A DNA stretch of 64,000 bases, taken from contig CAWJGT010000034.1 in the NCBI GenBank assembly GCA_963842525.1, positions 384,001-448,000 of the forward strand. The letters run 5' to 3'. This document shows, one piece after another, positions 49,471 through 61,000 of this stretch (position 1 is the first letter of the stretch; each line of letters starts with the position of its first letter). The notes below the pieces were generated by a model. That model had not been told where the DNA came from, searched no databases, and saw only the letters and a program-made list of their open reading frames with translations. The translations under genes and the position numbers were made by a program. Source of the stretch: an uncultured Holophagales bacterium (GTDB lineage: Bacteria; Acidobacteriota; Thermoanaerobaculia; Multivoradales; UBA5704).

Positions 49471-50160
49471 ATGCACAAGCTCGAACGACGGGTCTTTTCT
49501 CTGGTGGCGTCCTTGACAGCTGCGGTCCTGCTCGCGACCGGCGGCAGCGTGGCTTCCCAGAGCACCAACGAAACGGAGGCGCAGGAGCAGGAGCCGCAGA
49601 GCCAGACGCAAGAGCAGGCGCCGGAAGAAAGCCCGTCCACGGCTCCTGCGCGGCGTTCGGTCCCTCACGTCACCGGCACGGTGGCGCGCTGGACCGGCAA
49701 TCGAATCGACCTGAAAACATCGGCAGGCAAGTCGCAGAAGGTCGCCGTCAACCGGGACACGGAGCAACTGGTGGAAATCAAGGAAGGCACCGAGGTGACG
49801 GTCGAGTACCACCGGATCATCAGCGGCTTCATCATTGCGGAACGTGTGCTTCCGGCCCGTGAGGACGCTCCGGCGGCGCAGCCCGGTACAGGCACGGCCC
49901 AAGGCCAGAACGCCAGCGCGGTGACCGGCAGCGTCGTCTCCTGGAACAATGCAGCGTTGCTCCTGCGGACCGAAGCGGGCGAAATCACCTTGTTCCTGTC
50001 GCCATCCACCGAATACCTGGTCAAGTCGCTCGACCCTGGGTTGCTGGTGACCGTCGAATATCGAGAAGGCTCGAACGGTGCCAGATTGGCAACGCGCGTG
50101 CTCGCCGCCAAGGCCAAGGACGAGGATTCGACCAAGAAGGACAGCGGATCATCCGAATAG
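49471..50160 (+). CDS. Secreted protein with two OB-fold-like (DUF5666-like) repeats
   Basis: AAGGAGG RBS; signal peptide; two VTG.V..W...G..VTVEY....A.RV units. Confidence 0.75.
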   Translation: MHKLERRVFSLVASLTAAVLLATGGSVASQSTNETEAQEQEPQSQTQEQAPEESPSTAPARRSVPHVTGTVARWTGNRIDLKTSAGKSQKVAVNRDTEQLVEIKEGTEVTVEYHRIISGFIIAERVLPAREDAPAAQPGTGTAQGQNASAVTGSVVSWNNAALLLRTEAGEITLFLSPSTEYLVKSLDPGLLVTVEYREGSNGARLATRVLAAKAKDEDSTKKDSGSSE

Positions 50161-50240
50161 GCAATGGAGCCGGCGGTCGCCTGTTTCACCACGGAGCGCC
50201 TCCTCGGCTCAGGGAATGCCTTGTAGCAGCTCTCCTGTCG

Positions 50241-50975
50241 TTGCAGCCAGGGCTCCTGCCCGCACAGCCCCCGAGCGCGAACCCTCCGGCCCGCGAAAGG
50301 ATCTACAACCTGGAACAGGGCGCGGTCAGCGAGGTGGCGTTGCGGCAGCGGTTCAGCTCCGGTCAATTGGAGCTTCTGGAGAAGCTGAACCGTTCCGATG
50401 TCGCCCACCTCGCACGCCTTCCGGTCCTCGTCATCCCTGAGCCATGGATCGACGACGAGTTGCAGCACAGCCCCCTGCCTCTAGACTCCTCATGGGCGAG
50501 CAGCCACCCGAAGGCGCTGATCGTCCACCAGCCGTCCCAGGTCTTCGGGGCCTATGAGCACGGCCGATTAGTGCATTGGGGGCCGATCAGCTCAGGCCGC
50601 GAAAAGTACCCGACGCCTTCGGGGCTCTTCCACCTGAACTGGAGGTCGCCCGGACGGAGCAGCACGATGGATCCTGACTGGTACATGCGTTGGTATTTCA
50701 ACTTCCAGAACGACCGCGGCCTCGCATTCCATCAACTCGAGCTGCCTGGCCGTCCGGCGAGCCACGCCTGTGTCCGGCTTCTGGAGCGCGACGCCAGGTG
50801 GATCTACGATTGGGGTGCGGGTTGGGTGCTCGACGAGCGGGGATGGAACGTGCTCGATCCCGGGACTCCGGTCCTGATCCTGGGGCAGTACGACTTCGAT
50901 GCGCCGCCGCCGTGGCGCTCCCTGGAATGGCTGGCGACAGGAGTGGAGCTGCCGGAGGAGGTCCCAACAGGCTGA
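50241..50975 (+). CDS. L,D-transpeptidase (YkuD family); start uncertain
   Basis: GPISSG...TPSG, LAFHQLELPGRPASHACVRL. Confidence 0.88.
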   Translation: MQPGLLPAQPPSANPPARERIYNLEQGAVSEVALRQRFSSGQLELLEKLNRSDVAHLARLPVLVIPEPWIDDELQHSPLPLDSSWASSHPKALIVHQPSQVFGAYEHGRLVHWGPISSGREKYPTPSGLFHLNWRSPGRSSTMDPDWYMRWYFNFQNDRGLAFHQLELPGRPASHACVRLLERDARWIYDWGAGWVLDERGWNVLDPGTPVLILGQYDFDAPPPWRSLEWLATGVELPEEVPTG

Positions 50976-50993
50976 TCAACGAAAGGAGCAGGA

Positions 50994-51566
50994 ATGTCCA
51001 ATCGCAAACGTCTGATTCTTGAAATCGTGGTGGCATCGCTGCTGGTCCTGATCTGTTTCGCAATCTGGAGCACCGCACAAAGGCGCAGCGAGCGGCAGCT
51101 CGCGGAGCTTGAAGCTCGGCAGGAGACCGCCCTCAGCCAGGTTCGGCAGGACTGCGGTGCACGCGCCGGGAGGCTGGCAGCCAGCGAGGCCACGGCGGTC
51201 TTCCGCGCCTTCGCAGCGGGCATCCAGGGAGCCACCCTGGGCCAGCAGAAAGGGATGCTGGACATGGCGAAGGGAAGCCTTCTTCGCCTGCCCCATGTCG
51301 CCTTTATCCACGTTCTCGCGCCGGACGGCAAGGTCCTGACTAGCAGCAACGGGAAGTATGCTGTCGCCGGGAAGGCCGACGCCCGCGCCTCCTGGGCTCT
51401 CCAGGCGGCCGACCTGCAGACCCGGCCCGGTGACCTGCCGGGTACGACCGAGGTCGCAGCGCCGTTCCAAGGCGCATCGGGACGCGTCGCGGTCCTGTGG
51501 CTGGGCTACAAGACGCAGGAGCTGCTCGCGGCGAGCGGAGAGGAGGGCGCGCCGGCCGGAGGGTAG
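50994..51566 (+). CDS. Membrane-anchored hypothetical protein
   Basis: AAGGAG RBS, N-terminal TM, coiled coil, small PAS/Cache-like beta region. Confidence 0.7.
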   Translation: MSNRKRLILEIVVASLLVLICFAIWSTAQRRSERQLAELEARQETALSQVRQDCGARAGRLAASEATAVFRAFAAGIQGATLGQQKGMLDMAKGSLLRLPHVAFIHVLAPDGKVLTSSNGKYAVAGKADARASWALQAADLQTRPGDLPGTTEVAAPFQGASGRVAVLWLGYKTQELLAASGEEGAPAGG

Positions 51567-51686
51567 CTGGCAGCCATTCTTGATAGTGTACGTGACAGGT
51601 GGGCCATGGGACCAGCATCGAGGGGAGCGAGGCCGGCTCGATATCGGTGGCCGCCGCCGCGCTGGTGACCGCCACGGTCCCTGAGG

Positions 51687-54068
51687 ATGAACCTTGATGA
51701 CGCTCATGACGCTCAAAGATTCCCCGATCTTTTCGCCATGGCCGGAAGGCACTGGCCCGAGTCGAGAAGGTTCCGCATACCGGGCAGGCCTCCGGGGGCG
51801 GCGCCGGTGAGCGCGCTGGAGCCGGCCGCCTCGCCGCCCCAGGAAGCGGTGATCCCGGCAGGCCACGGCTTCGGCACCGCGCCGGTGTTCCTGGCGTCAA
51901 TCAGTACCATCCTCGGCGCCATCCTCTTTTTGCGCTTCGGCTATGCCGTCGCCCATGCCGGCATGCTCGGCGCCCTGATGATTGTGCTGCTCGGTCATCT
52001 GGTCACGCTGCCCACGGCGCTGGCGCTCTCGGAGATCGCCACCAACCGGCGGGTCGAGGGCGGCGGCGAGTACTTCATCATCTCGCGGTCGTTCGGGCGG
52101 ACGATCGGCGCCACGATCGGCTTCGGCCTCTACGTGTCCCAGGCGATCTCGGTGGCCTTCTACATGATCGCCTTCGCCGAGGCCTTCCGGCCTCTGGCTC
52201 CGGCCCTCGAGAGCTGGACCGGCCTGTCGTTCGATCCCCGCCTCGTCTCCCTCCCCGCCGCGGGTGTGCTGATCCTGCTGGTGCTGACGCGCGGCGCCAG
52301 CCTCGGCGTCACGGCGCTCTGGGGGATCGTGGCCGTGCTGGTGCTGTCGCTCGTCCTGTTCTTCGCCGGTCCCCCGCTGGCGGCAACCGCCACCGGCCAG
52401 TCGGTCGTCTTCCACGGCATTGAGGGAGGCGACCCGTTCATGCTGGTGTTCGCGATCGTCTTTCCGGCCTTCACCGGCATGACGGCCGGAGTCGGGTTGT
52501 CGGGAGATCTGAGCAATCCGCGCCGGTCGATCCCGCTCGGCGTGCTGTCGGCGACGGCGGTGGGCCTGTTGATGTACGTGGCGGTGGTGATCAAGCTGGC
52601 GCTCTCGGCGCCCGGTGAGCTGCTGGCGAGCGAGCCGCTGATCATGTCGCGCATCGCCGTCTGGGGCCCGATCGTGCCGGTCGGGCTCGCCTGTGCGACC
52701 CTCTCTTCCGCGATCGGCTCGATCCTGGTGGCACCGCGCACACTGCAGGCTCTGGCCTGCGATCAGGTGTTGCCAGGCCGCTTCCTGAATCGTTTCCTGG
52801 CGGAAGGGCGCGGGGAGGCCAACGAGCCGCGCAACGCCACGGTGGTGACCTCGCTGGTGGCCTTCGCCACCATCGGCGCCGGCTCGATCGACATCGTCGC
52901 GCGCATCGTCTCGATGTTTTTCATGGTCACCTACGGTTCGCTCTGCGCGATCAGCTTTTTCGAGCACCTCGCCGCTCGCCCCAGCTACCGGCCGAGCTTC
53001 CGGTCCCGGTGGTATCTGAGCCTGCTCGGCGCGGTGCTCTGTCTCCTGCTGATGTTCCAGATGGATCCCGGCTTCGCGGTGTTGTCGATCCTGATGATGG
53101 TCGGTATCTATTCCGGGCTGCGCGCCACCAAGGGCTGGCAGGGAGACCTCGCGGAGATCTTCCGTGGCGTTATGGCCCAGACGACGCGGTACTTCCAGAT
53201 CCAGTTGCAGCGTACCGCCTCGAACGCCGGCGCGGCCGAGTGGCGCCCCAACCTGATCGCGGTGGGCGAGCACACCTTCGAGCGCTCCGCGCCGCTGCTG
53301 ATGCTGACCTGGCTCTGCCGGCGTCAGGGCCTGGGCACCTACCTCCATCTCATCCGGGGCCGGCTCGACCATGCCACCTTCCGCAAGGGCCAGCGTCTGG
53401 TGCCGCGCCTGGTGGAGCTGACCGAGGCGCGGCACAGCGCCCTGGTGGTCGATACCATCGTCTCGCCGTCGCTGCGCACCGCCCTGGCGCAGGCTTTCCA
53501 GATGCCGAGCGTCACCGGCAAGGAACACAATGCGACGCTGTTCGAGCTCGTCGCCGGAGACGGCAAGGAGCAGGTTGAAGAGCTGGTGGACGGCTGCTCG
53601 CTGGCCTGGGACGCCAGCATCAGTCCCCTCGTGTTGCGGCACGGCGATCGCTTCTTCGGAAACCGGCGCGACATCCACCTCTGGCTCACCTGGCATGACT
53701 ACGGGAATGCGCCGTTGATGATCTTGCTCGCCTACGTCCTGCTCGGCCATCCGGACTGGAGCGCAGGGGAGATCCGGATCTTCGCGGCCTTTCCGAAGGC
53801 CGACGTCGCCGAGCAGCGGCGGCGGCTGACCGACTTGATCGAGACCGGCCGGCTGCCGATCAGCCTCAAGAACCTGCGCATTATCCCGACCGACGAGGAC
53901 GTCGATTTCGACCGTTTGGTGAGCAGCCTCTCGGCCGGCGCTGACCTCGTCCTCCTCGGCTTCATCCGCGAGCGGCTCCAGAGCAAAGGCTCCGCGCTGT
54001 TGCTCCGGCATCCGGATCTCTCCGATGTCCTGTTCGTCTCGGCTGCCGAGACGATCGTGATCGAATGA
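51687..54068 (+). CDS. APC-superfamily permease resembling prokaryotic cation-chloride cotransporters
   Basis: STILGAILFLR, IATN..VEGGGEYFIISRSFG, FPAFTGMTAG..LSGDL.NP..SIP.G, WRPN, long cytoplasmic C-domain; start may be downstream (GTG near 51807). Confidence 0.85.
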   Translation: MNLDDAHDAQRFPDLFAMAGRHWPESRRFRIPGRPPGAAPVSALEPAASPPQEAVIPAGHGFGTAPVFLASISTILGAILFLRFGYAVAHAGMLGALMIVLLGHLVTLPTALALSEIATNRRVEGGGEYFIISRSFGRTIGATIGFGLYVSQAISVAFYMIAFAEAFRPLAPALESWTGLSFDPRLVSLPAAGVLILLVLTRGASLGVTALWGIVAVLVLSLVLFFAGPPLAATATGQSVVFHGIEGGDPFMLVFAIVFPAFTGMTAGVGLSGDLSNPRRSIPLGVLSATAVGLLMYVAVVIKLALSAPGELLASEPLIMSRIAVWGPIVPVGLACATLSSAIGSILVAPRTLQALACDQVLPGRFLNRFLAEGRGEANEPRNATVVTSLVAFATIGAGSIDIVARIVSMFFMVTYGSLCAISFFEHLAARPSYRPSFRSRWYLSLLGAVLCLLLMFQMDPGFAVLSILMMVGIYSGLRATKGWQGDLAEIFRGVMAQTTRYFQIQLQRTASNAGAAEWRPNLIAVGEHTFERSAPLLMLTWLCRRQGLGTYLHLIRGRLDHATFRKGQRLVPRLVELTEARHSALVVDTIVSPSLRTALAQAFQMPSVTGKEHNATLFELVAGDGKEQVEELVDGCSLAWDASISPLVLRHGDRFFGNRRDIHLWLTWHDYGNAPLMILLAYVLLGHPDWSAGEIRIFAAFPKADVAEQRRRLTDLIETGRLPISLKNLRIIPTDEDVDFDRLVSSLSAGADLVLLGFIRERLQSKGSALLLRHPDLSDVLFVSAAETIVIE

Positions 54069-54100
54069 TCACCCCGGAGGGCAGCTGGCGGCGGAGAGGC

Positions 54101-55880
54101 TCAGAAGCTCCAGAACCGCGGGATCAGCAGAGTCGCGATCAGCCAGAACAAGAGGTTGAGAGGAGTGCCGACCCGCAGAAAGTCGGTGAACCGGTAGTGT
54201 CCCGGACCGTAGATCAAGGTGTTCGTCTGGTAGCCCACGGGAGTCATGAAGCTCGCCGACGCCGCAACGGTCACGGCCACGAGGAACGGCCGGGGATCGA
54301 CACCGAGCGCGGCAGCCGCGCTGATGGCGATCGGGGCGAGCAGCGCTGCCGTAGCGTTGTTCGAACATCGCTTCAGTCAGCAGCGAGGTCAACAGGTAGA
54401 AAGCCGAGACCATCGCCACCGGACCCCAAGCGCCGATCGTATCGACGAGCAGCGTTGACAGGAGCCGGGCCGCTCCGGTCGTCTCCAAGGCGATGCCCAG
54501 GGGCAGGATCCCACCGAGCAGGAAGATGACTCGCCACTCGATGGCGTGGTACGCCTCATCGAGGGTGAGACAGCGGGTGAGCACCAGCAGGACCGAACCG
54601 AGGATGGCGCTGCCGAGAATGGGCAGAAGATCCAGGGTCGCCGCGGCCACCACGCCGGCGACGATCGCCGTGGCCAAAAGGAGCTTGCCTCGCCGCGGCT
54701 CGTCAAGGCCGACCTCGGAAACGATGAGGAAGTCCGAATCGTGCTTCAGCGCTTCGATCCGGTCGCGCCGGACTTCGACGAGCAACACGTCGCCCGAGCG
54801 CAGCCGGGTCGTTCCCAGCCGCTCACGCATGATCTCGCCGCGGTGACGGATGGCCAGCGCCGTGCCGCCATAGATCTGGCGGAAGCGGGCCTCCTTGAGA
54901 GTCTTCCCCTCGAGGGCCGATCCCGGCGCGATCACAGTTTCCAGCAGGGCGGCGTCGGCCGAAAGCAGGTCGTCGTCGCGCCACTTCAGACCCGACCTCA
55001 AGACGATTCCCTCCTGCTTCTCGGCTCGGCGGATCTTCTGGATGGCACAGCGTACGCGGAGCAGGTCGCCCGCTTCAAGGACCGTTGCGGCACCGGGGGC
55101 TGCCAGCGACCGTTCGCCGCGGTAGATCTCCAGCACATCCAGGTCCAGATCTCGGACCAGAGGCGACTCGCTGAGGGGCCGCCCCACGGCGGGAGACTCG
55201 GGAAGCACGAGGATCTCCGTCATATAGTCGCCCATGCCGTAGGATTGCGTCAGGTCCGCGCCGGCGCGCCGGTCCGGGATGATCCGGACGCCGACGACCA
55301 GCAGATAGAAAGCTCCCATGGCGAACAGCACCAGACCGAGAGGGAGAAGCTCGAACATCCCGAACGGGGCCAGCCCATGCTGCGCGGCGATGGAGCTGAC
55401 CAGGATGTTCGTGGAGGTTCCGATCAGGGTACAGACGCCGCCGAACATCGACGCGAACGACAGCGGGATCAGCAGCTTCGAAGGGCTGATCCGCGCGTCC
55501 CGCGCCAGCCCGAGGACGATCGGCAGGAAGATGGCCACCGCCGCTGTGTTGTTGATAAAGGCGGAGACGAGCCCGACGAGGGCCATCAGAGCGATCAGCG
55601 TCGGCCGGAGACCGAGGCGCCCGACCACCGCAAGCCGCTGACCGAGTAGGCTCACCACACCTGTCCGCGCCAGGCCGGCGCTCAGCACGAACATGGCGGC
55701 CACCGTGACCGTGGCCGTATTACTGAAGCCCGAGACCGCCTGCTCGGGGGTGAGAACCCTGCTGGCGAGAAGCACCGACAACACCAACAGCGCCACAAGG
55801 TCCACCGGCAGGCGCTCGGTCGCGAAACAGGCGACCGCCCCGAACAGGATGGCGAGGACCAGGATGATCTCGAAAGTCAT
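54101..55880 (-). CDS. SLC13/DASS permease with TrkA-C domains; frameshift near 54360
   Basis: [38 protein letters not shown]-terminal [12 protein letters not shown] in the shifted frame. Confidence 0.9.
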
Positions 55881-56707
55881 GGCACGGCCTTTCCGGGCGG
55901 GAAGAGCTCGCCGATCACCTTGCGAAACCCGGCAGGCCCGACGCCGTCCACCCGCACCAGGCGCGCGATCTCGGTCTCCATCCCGGCCCAGGTGCCGTCC
56001 GGTTTCTGCACGAGGTAGGGCAGATCGACCTCCGCCAGCATCGGGCTGTCGTTCGGGCCGTCTCCGAAACCGATCGAAGTCAAGGAAGGGTCCTGGAGCC
56101 GGTACAAGCTCCGGACGAGGCGGGTGGCGCGTCCCTTGTCGGCTCCCTGGCCGGTCACGGTGAAAAACCGGCTGCCAGCCACGCCGGACAGGCCACGGGA
56201 GGCAAGGGCGTTCCGTAAGCAGTCCAGGGCTTCGGGGTTGAAGCTCTCCTGCACGAGCGTCTCGCTGTACTCGCGTTGGCTCGCCCGCCGGACCCCCTCT
56301 TCGTCGAGGCCCGTCCGCCGGCGGATCTCGGGCGGCGATAAATCGGCGTAGCCGCGAAGATCTAAGCCAAGCTCGCCGAGCAGGCCCGCCAGCCGTACCC
56401 GGACCTCTCCGACCCCCAAGCCCAGCTCGATCACCGACCGGCCTTGCCGCGATCCTCCAGGAGGGCCGCCTTGGTCCAAACATCCCTCCGGGATGAAGAT
56501 CGCGCTGCCATTTTCCACGATGAAAGGAGAGTCCAAGCCGAGCTCCCGCCGATGGTGCTCGATCTCCGCGCGCGTCTTCGACGAGCAGAGCACAAGAGGG
56601 ATGCCGCGGGTACGAAGCAGCTCCACCGCCGGCCGCGCCTCTTCGCAGGAGTAGGTCTCCAGATCCAGCAGAGTGCCGTCCAGGTCGCTGAAGACGAGCG
56701 CGGCCAC
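55877..56707 (-). CDS. mpgP: Mannosyl-3-phosphoglycerate phosphatase (HAD IIB)
   Basis: FSDLDGTLLD, CSSKTRAEI, FIVENG, REYSE, DKG, GDGPND; adjacent to mpgS. Confidence 0.9.
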   Translation of the reverse strand: MAALVFSDLDGTLLDLETYSCEEARPAVELLRTRGIPLVLCSSKTRAEIEHHRRELGLDSPFIVENGSAIFIPEGCLDQGGPPGGSRQGRSVIELGLGVGEVRVRLAGLLGELGLDLRGYADLSPPEIRRRTGLDEEGVRRASQREYSETLVQESFNPEALDCLRNALASRGLSGVAGSRFFTVTGQGADKGRATRLVRSLYRLQDPSLTSIGFGDGPNDSPMLAEVDLPYLVQKPDGTWAGMETEIARLVRVDGVGPAGFRKVIGELFPPGKAVP

Positions 56708-56716
56708 CTGTCCGCC

Positions 56717-58000
56717 TCAGACCTTGACCGCCGCGCGATGGGGGCGAATGCCGTTTCTGGAGTCTCCGCTCAGCGCCATCCGCCCGCCGGCCTCCGTCTC
56801 GCGGTCGGCCGGCTGGAGCTGGGCGGCATAGGGCTCCTCCTGGATCAGTTGCCGGAAACGCTCCAGGTCGACCTGCCGCAACGGTGAAAAGCAGACCAGC
56901 GGCGCGGGCTCTTCCGATGCGTCGAGCATGCCGCGCTTGCGCATCTCGTGCAACAGCTCCTCCTTGAGCGCCGGTGGGCAGATCGCCGATTGGTAGACCG
57001 TGCGCAAGGCATCGTAGCTCATGCTCTCCACGTGCTCCCCGCCCTTCGCTTCGTGCAGATGTGGGTTTCGCGACTCGATCTGAAAGATTTCCACGTTTTC
57101 CCGCATCAGCTCCGGAAAAGGGCTGGGCAGGATGCCGCCGAACTTCTCCCAGAGGTCGATGAAGTGGTAGGGCTCGATCGCGAAGCCTGACGCATAGCTC
57201 ATCGACATCGCCAGCTCCATGCTCAGCGCGTGCTCGCCCGCGTTGCCGGTCTTGATCACGTCCGTGCCGAAACCCGTGTAGTGGCCGATAACTTCGTTCA
57301 GGATCTGGTTGGTGCGTGCCGAGACCCGCCCCGATTTGGCGAAAAACAGGCTCGACTCGACAATCTTCGGCTTGCTGTGCCAGGCGATGCGCACCATGCT
57401 GTAAGGTGATTCGCTGAGGGCGAAGCCGGCGCTGTAGGCCCGCACGTATTCGAGAACGGAGCCGGGAAAGTAGTTGTCGGAGTCCACGAAGCCCACGTAC
57501 TTCTTACCGGCGAGCCGGGCGAGCAGCGTGGCGGCGATCATGCCCTCGGCCTTGCCATCCCGCACCAGGCCCTGCTCATCCAACAGCTCCGGATAGCCTG
57601 CGCCCGCGAGGGCCGCAGCCAAAGCCGGATCCTTCTGATGGACGACGACGATGGACTTGTCGGTGAACCGTCGAAAGCGTTCGATCGCGGCCTTCTCCAT
57701 GTGAAAGCGGTCGATCGGCTCGCGGGGGCTGTTGGAGACCACCAGCGTCAGGCAGTCGTGGGGAATGCCGCACAGCACCCCTTCGATCAAGCGGATGCGC
57801 TCCTTGCGCACCGGGACCACGATCGCCATCTGCCGCTCGATCTGCTGCCTTCTCTCGTACGAGATCCTCCAGGTGGTCGGGTTTCCGGGGGTACGCTCGA
57901 GCTCTGTGCGCAGGCCGGCGTCGAGCTCCAAAATCTTCTGCACACCGTGAAAGACCACCCCACCCAATCGTTCGGCTTCGCGCGGTATTTCGAGTCGCAT
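56717..58000 (-). CDS. mpgS: Mannosyl-3-phosphoglycerate synthase (GT55)
   Basis: MRLEIPR..ERLG...VQKILELD, GVLCGIPHDC, HQKDP, GKAEGM, GFVDSDNYFPG, MVRIAW.SKPK, NAGEHA, NPHLHE. Confidence 0.93.
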   Translation of the reverse strand: MRLEIPREAERLGGVVFHGVQKILELDAGLRTELERTPGNPTTWRISYERRQQIERQMAIVVPVRKERIRLIEGVLCGIPHDCLTLVVSNSPREPIDRFHMEKAAIERFRRFTDKSIVVVHQKDPALAAALAGAGYPELLDEQGLVRDGKAEGMIAATLLARLAGKKYVGFVDSDNYFPGSVLEYVRAYSAGFALSESPYSMVRIAWHSKPKIVESSLFFAKSGRVSARTNQILNEVIGHYTGFGTDVIKTGNAGEHALSMELAMSMSYASGFAIEPYHFIDLWEKFGGILPSPFPELMRENVEIFQIESRNPHLHEAKGGEHVESMSYDALRTVYQSAICPPALKEELLHEMRKRGMLDASEEPAPLVCFSPLRQVDLERFRQLIQEEPYAAQLQPADRETEAGGRMALSGDSRNGIRPHRAAVKV

Positions 58001-58032
58001 AAGGCCCTCCTCTCTCGGCCGGCCCGAGATCT

Positions 58033-61000
58033 TCAGTCGATCTCGCCCCGGCCCTGCTGCTGGCGCAACAACGTCTCGTAATAGTGGACCAGGTATTCCC
58101 CGGCCCGCTTCTTGATCCGGGACCAGCTCATCTCCTCGCCGATCGCCGCCAGCTCGGTTTCGATCTGCATCGTCACATAGAGCTGCCGGCTGAGCAGCGC
58201 TGAAATGCGCGCCTCGTTGGCTTTGCGGCTAAGAGTGGCCAGTCCGGTCCGGTGCCGCTGCAGCTCCGCCTGCCTCGCCAGGTCCCGCTGCGCCGCGTCG
58301 CGCTCGATCAGATCCTCCAGAGTGAAAACGTCCGCTTTCGCCTTGAGCAGCTCCGCTTCGAGGCTCGCCACCCGGTCGCGCTCCGCCTGCACCTCCTCCT
58401 CTGTAAGCACCGGCGGCAGGTCCGCCGGTGCGGCCTTGTCGCCAGGAGGAGGCGGCGGCAGCACGCGGGTCAGCTCGGAGCGCTCGGCGTCGATGAGCAG
58501 CCGAGGCTCCAACTCCAGCTTGAGCGTCACGATCTCCTTGGGCCGCGCCGTGACGCGGACCGCGCCGCCCCTGTCGAAGCCGAGCTCCTCCTGCGCTTCC
58601 TCGGCGAGATTGGTCTTGAGCACCCGGGAGATCTGCGGCCACCAGGTCGCCAACTCGCCCTCGGCAGGCTGATCCAGCGTGTTGAAGAAGCGGACGATCA
58701 CCCCGTCTCCCGCCTCCGCCCGCTTGAGGGCCGTGAGGCGGAAGGCATGGGAGGGCTCCGCGGAGCGCAGCGAGACGAAAGCCAGCTCGTCCGGAAGGTT
58801 CCCCGCCCGTGACGACGTCTGGACCACCCGCGGACGCAGGTTGTGGGACATGGCCTCCATGTGGGTCTGCTCCTTCGACCAGCCGCCGCGATGGGGATAG
58901 ATCGCATAGTGGAAGTTGTGCTCGCCCAGGCACTGCGCCTCGGGGGTAAAGATGTGCGGCCCCACGTCGCCGACGCGCGTCAACAGGTCGTCCCGGGCCA
59001 GCCAGCCGACGGCGCGCAAAAGCGTCAAGGCGATGGCGCCGTCTTTCTCGGGAACGATCTCGTACTCCGTGACACGGCGGCTGATGATCGCCAGCCCCTG
59101 GCGGCCGTCCGTATAGTCCACGAAGTTCTGGAAGGGATTCGTATGGACCGGGGCCGTATAGCGCCCCGCGGTCATCAGAGCGCGTACCGCGTCCGGCTCT
59201 TCGAGCACCGCCTCGCCGCGGATGGGCCAGCAGGCTACATCGAAAGGCTCTTCGGCAAAGCAGCAGTCGGCATGGAGGCCGGTGGGGAAAAGCACCCGCA
59301 GGCGGTGATCCTTGACCACGTTCTGGACCACGGTCTTGACCTCGACGTGCCGCGAGCCGGCCGCCAGCTCCACGTAGCTGACGATGGGAAAGGGACGACT
59401 CAGCACGCTGCGAGCCTGGCGGTCATGGCTCAACTCCTGCGGGAGATCGAGGGAGAAGCTCCACCTTGAGCCTGGCCATCAGCGGACCGGCCTGCAGCAC
59501 GCTGATCCTCGCCGCCTTCCCCAGGCTTGTCACCAGAGTATCCTGCAGCGGACCGGAGTAGTCGTACGTATCGCCGGCGTCGCCGCCGTCCTCGAAGTAG
59601 CCGAGCCGGTGATAGGTCCGGCCGCTCTGCTTCTCGGTCACCTCCAGGCTTGCGTCGGCGTTGACGGCCACCGACAGATACTCGTTCTCCAGGGAGGGAG
59701 GCTCCGCCGACGCCGATACCGTGGGATGTGGAGGAAACGCTTCGCCGCCGGCCGTCAGATAGTAGGTCCGGTAGCCGAGATAAGGCAGCTCGGCGGCGTA
59801 GAGATAGAGGTCGAGCTTGCGGCCCACGCGCGCCGCGATCTGATAAGGAACGGCGTGCCCGTGCCCGTCCTTCAGAGTGAAATCCTCGATGCCGGACGGC
59901 AGCTCGAGGCGGAGACCGACCACCTCCCACCGCTCGCGGGGAGAAGGGTTGAACACCACCAGGGCCAGCCGGCTGGCCCTGCGCGAGGTATCGATGCTGT
60001 TGGCGAGCACCCGCAGGCTCATGTCGGCGACATCGCCGGCCGTCTTCTGGCACAGGTCGAAGCGCTGCTCCATGTCCCGGGCGACCGGATCGACCGCACA
60101 GCCGCACACGTCATCGTGCGTGTGATTGAGCAGCAGAGCCTGCCAGGCGCGGGCCAATTGCGCCTTGGGGTAAGCCATGCCGATCGTCCACGCCACCGTC
60201 GCCAGCGGCTCGGCCCACCGCTCGAGCTCGCGCTGGCACTCGTTGTTGAGCAGCTTCAGATGGCTGCGGCTGGAGAAGACGCCCTTGAGGATGGGCATGT
60301 AGCGCCCGCTGTAAAGGTAGCCCTGCATCAGCGGCAGCTCCGGGTTGGCCGCGCGGACAGCGGCCAGGTACTCCTCCGGAGTGCTCTGCACGCAGTGGAA
60401 CCGGCCCCCGGCGCTTCGGTTGACCTCGTCGATCACCGGCAGCACGTCGTCCGGCCATGGCACCTGCTCGTAGCCGTTCATCAGGAGCACGTTGGGCGTG
60501 GTGGCGAACGGCCGCAGGGCCAGAGCCTCGGTGAGGACCCGGTCGGTGGCGATCTGGGGAGTCAGCGACAGCGCCATGGCGTTGCGGTAGCTGTTGACCA
60601 GGAAGATCGCCAGGACCTCCGAGCCGTCGGGCGCGCGCCAGCGCAGCTCCGACTTCAGGGACTCGGGCTCCAGGCCGACGCCGCGCCAGAGAAAGACCCC
60701 GTCAATGCCGAAGCCGCGGTAGATCTGCGGCGCCTGGGCGATCTGGCCGAAGTTGTCGAGCATCCAGCCCGCCTTCATCACCGGACCGAAGCGGGCAGCC
60801 ATTTGATGGCCGATCATCAGGTTCCGCACCAGAGCCTCGCCGCTGACCAGGCTCCAGTCCGGCTGGAGGTACGCCGGTCCGATCGCCAGGCGGCCCTCTG
60901 CGGAAAAGTGCCGCAGCCGCTCTTCACGCTCATGGGCCTCCTCCTCGGGCAGAAGGCTGAGATAGTCCTCAATCAACAGCGTCTGACCGTCCAGGACGAA

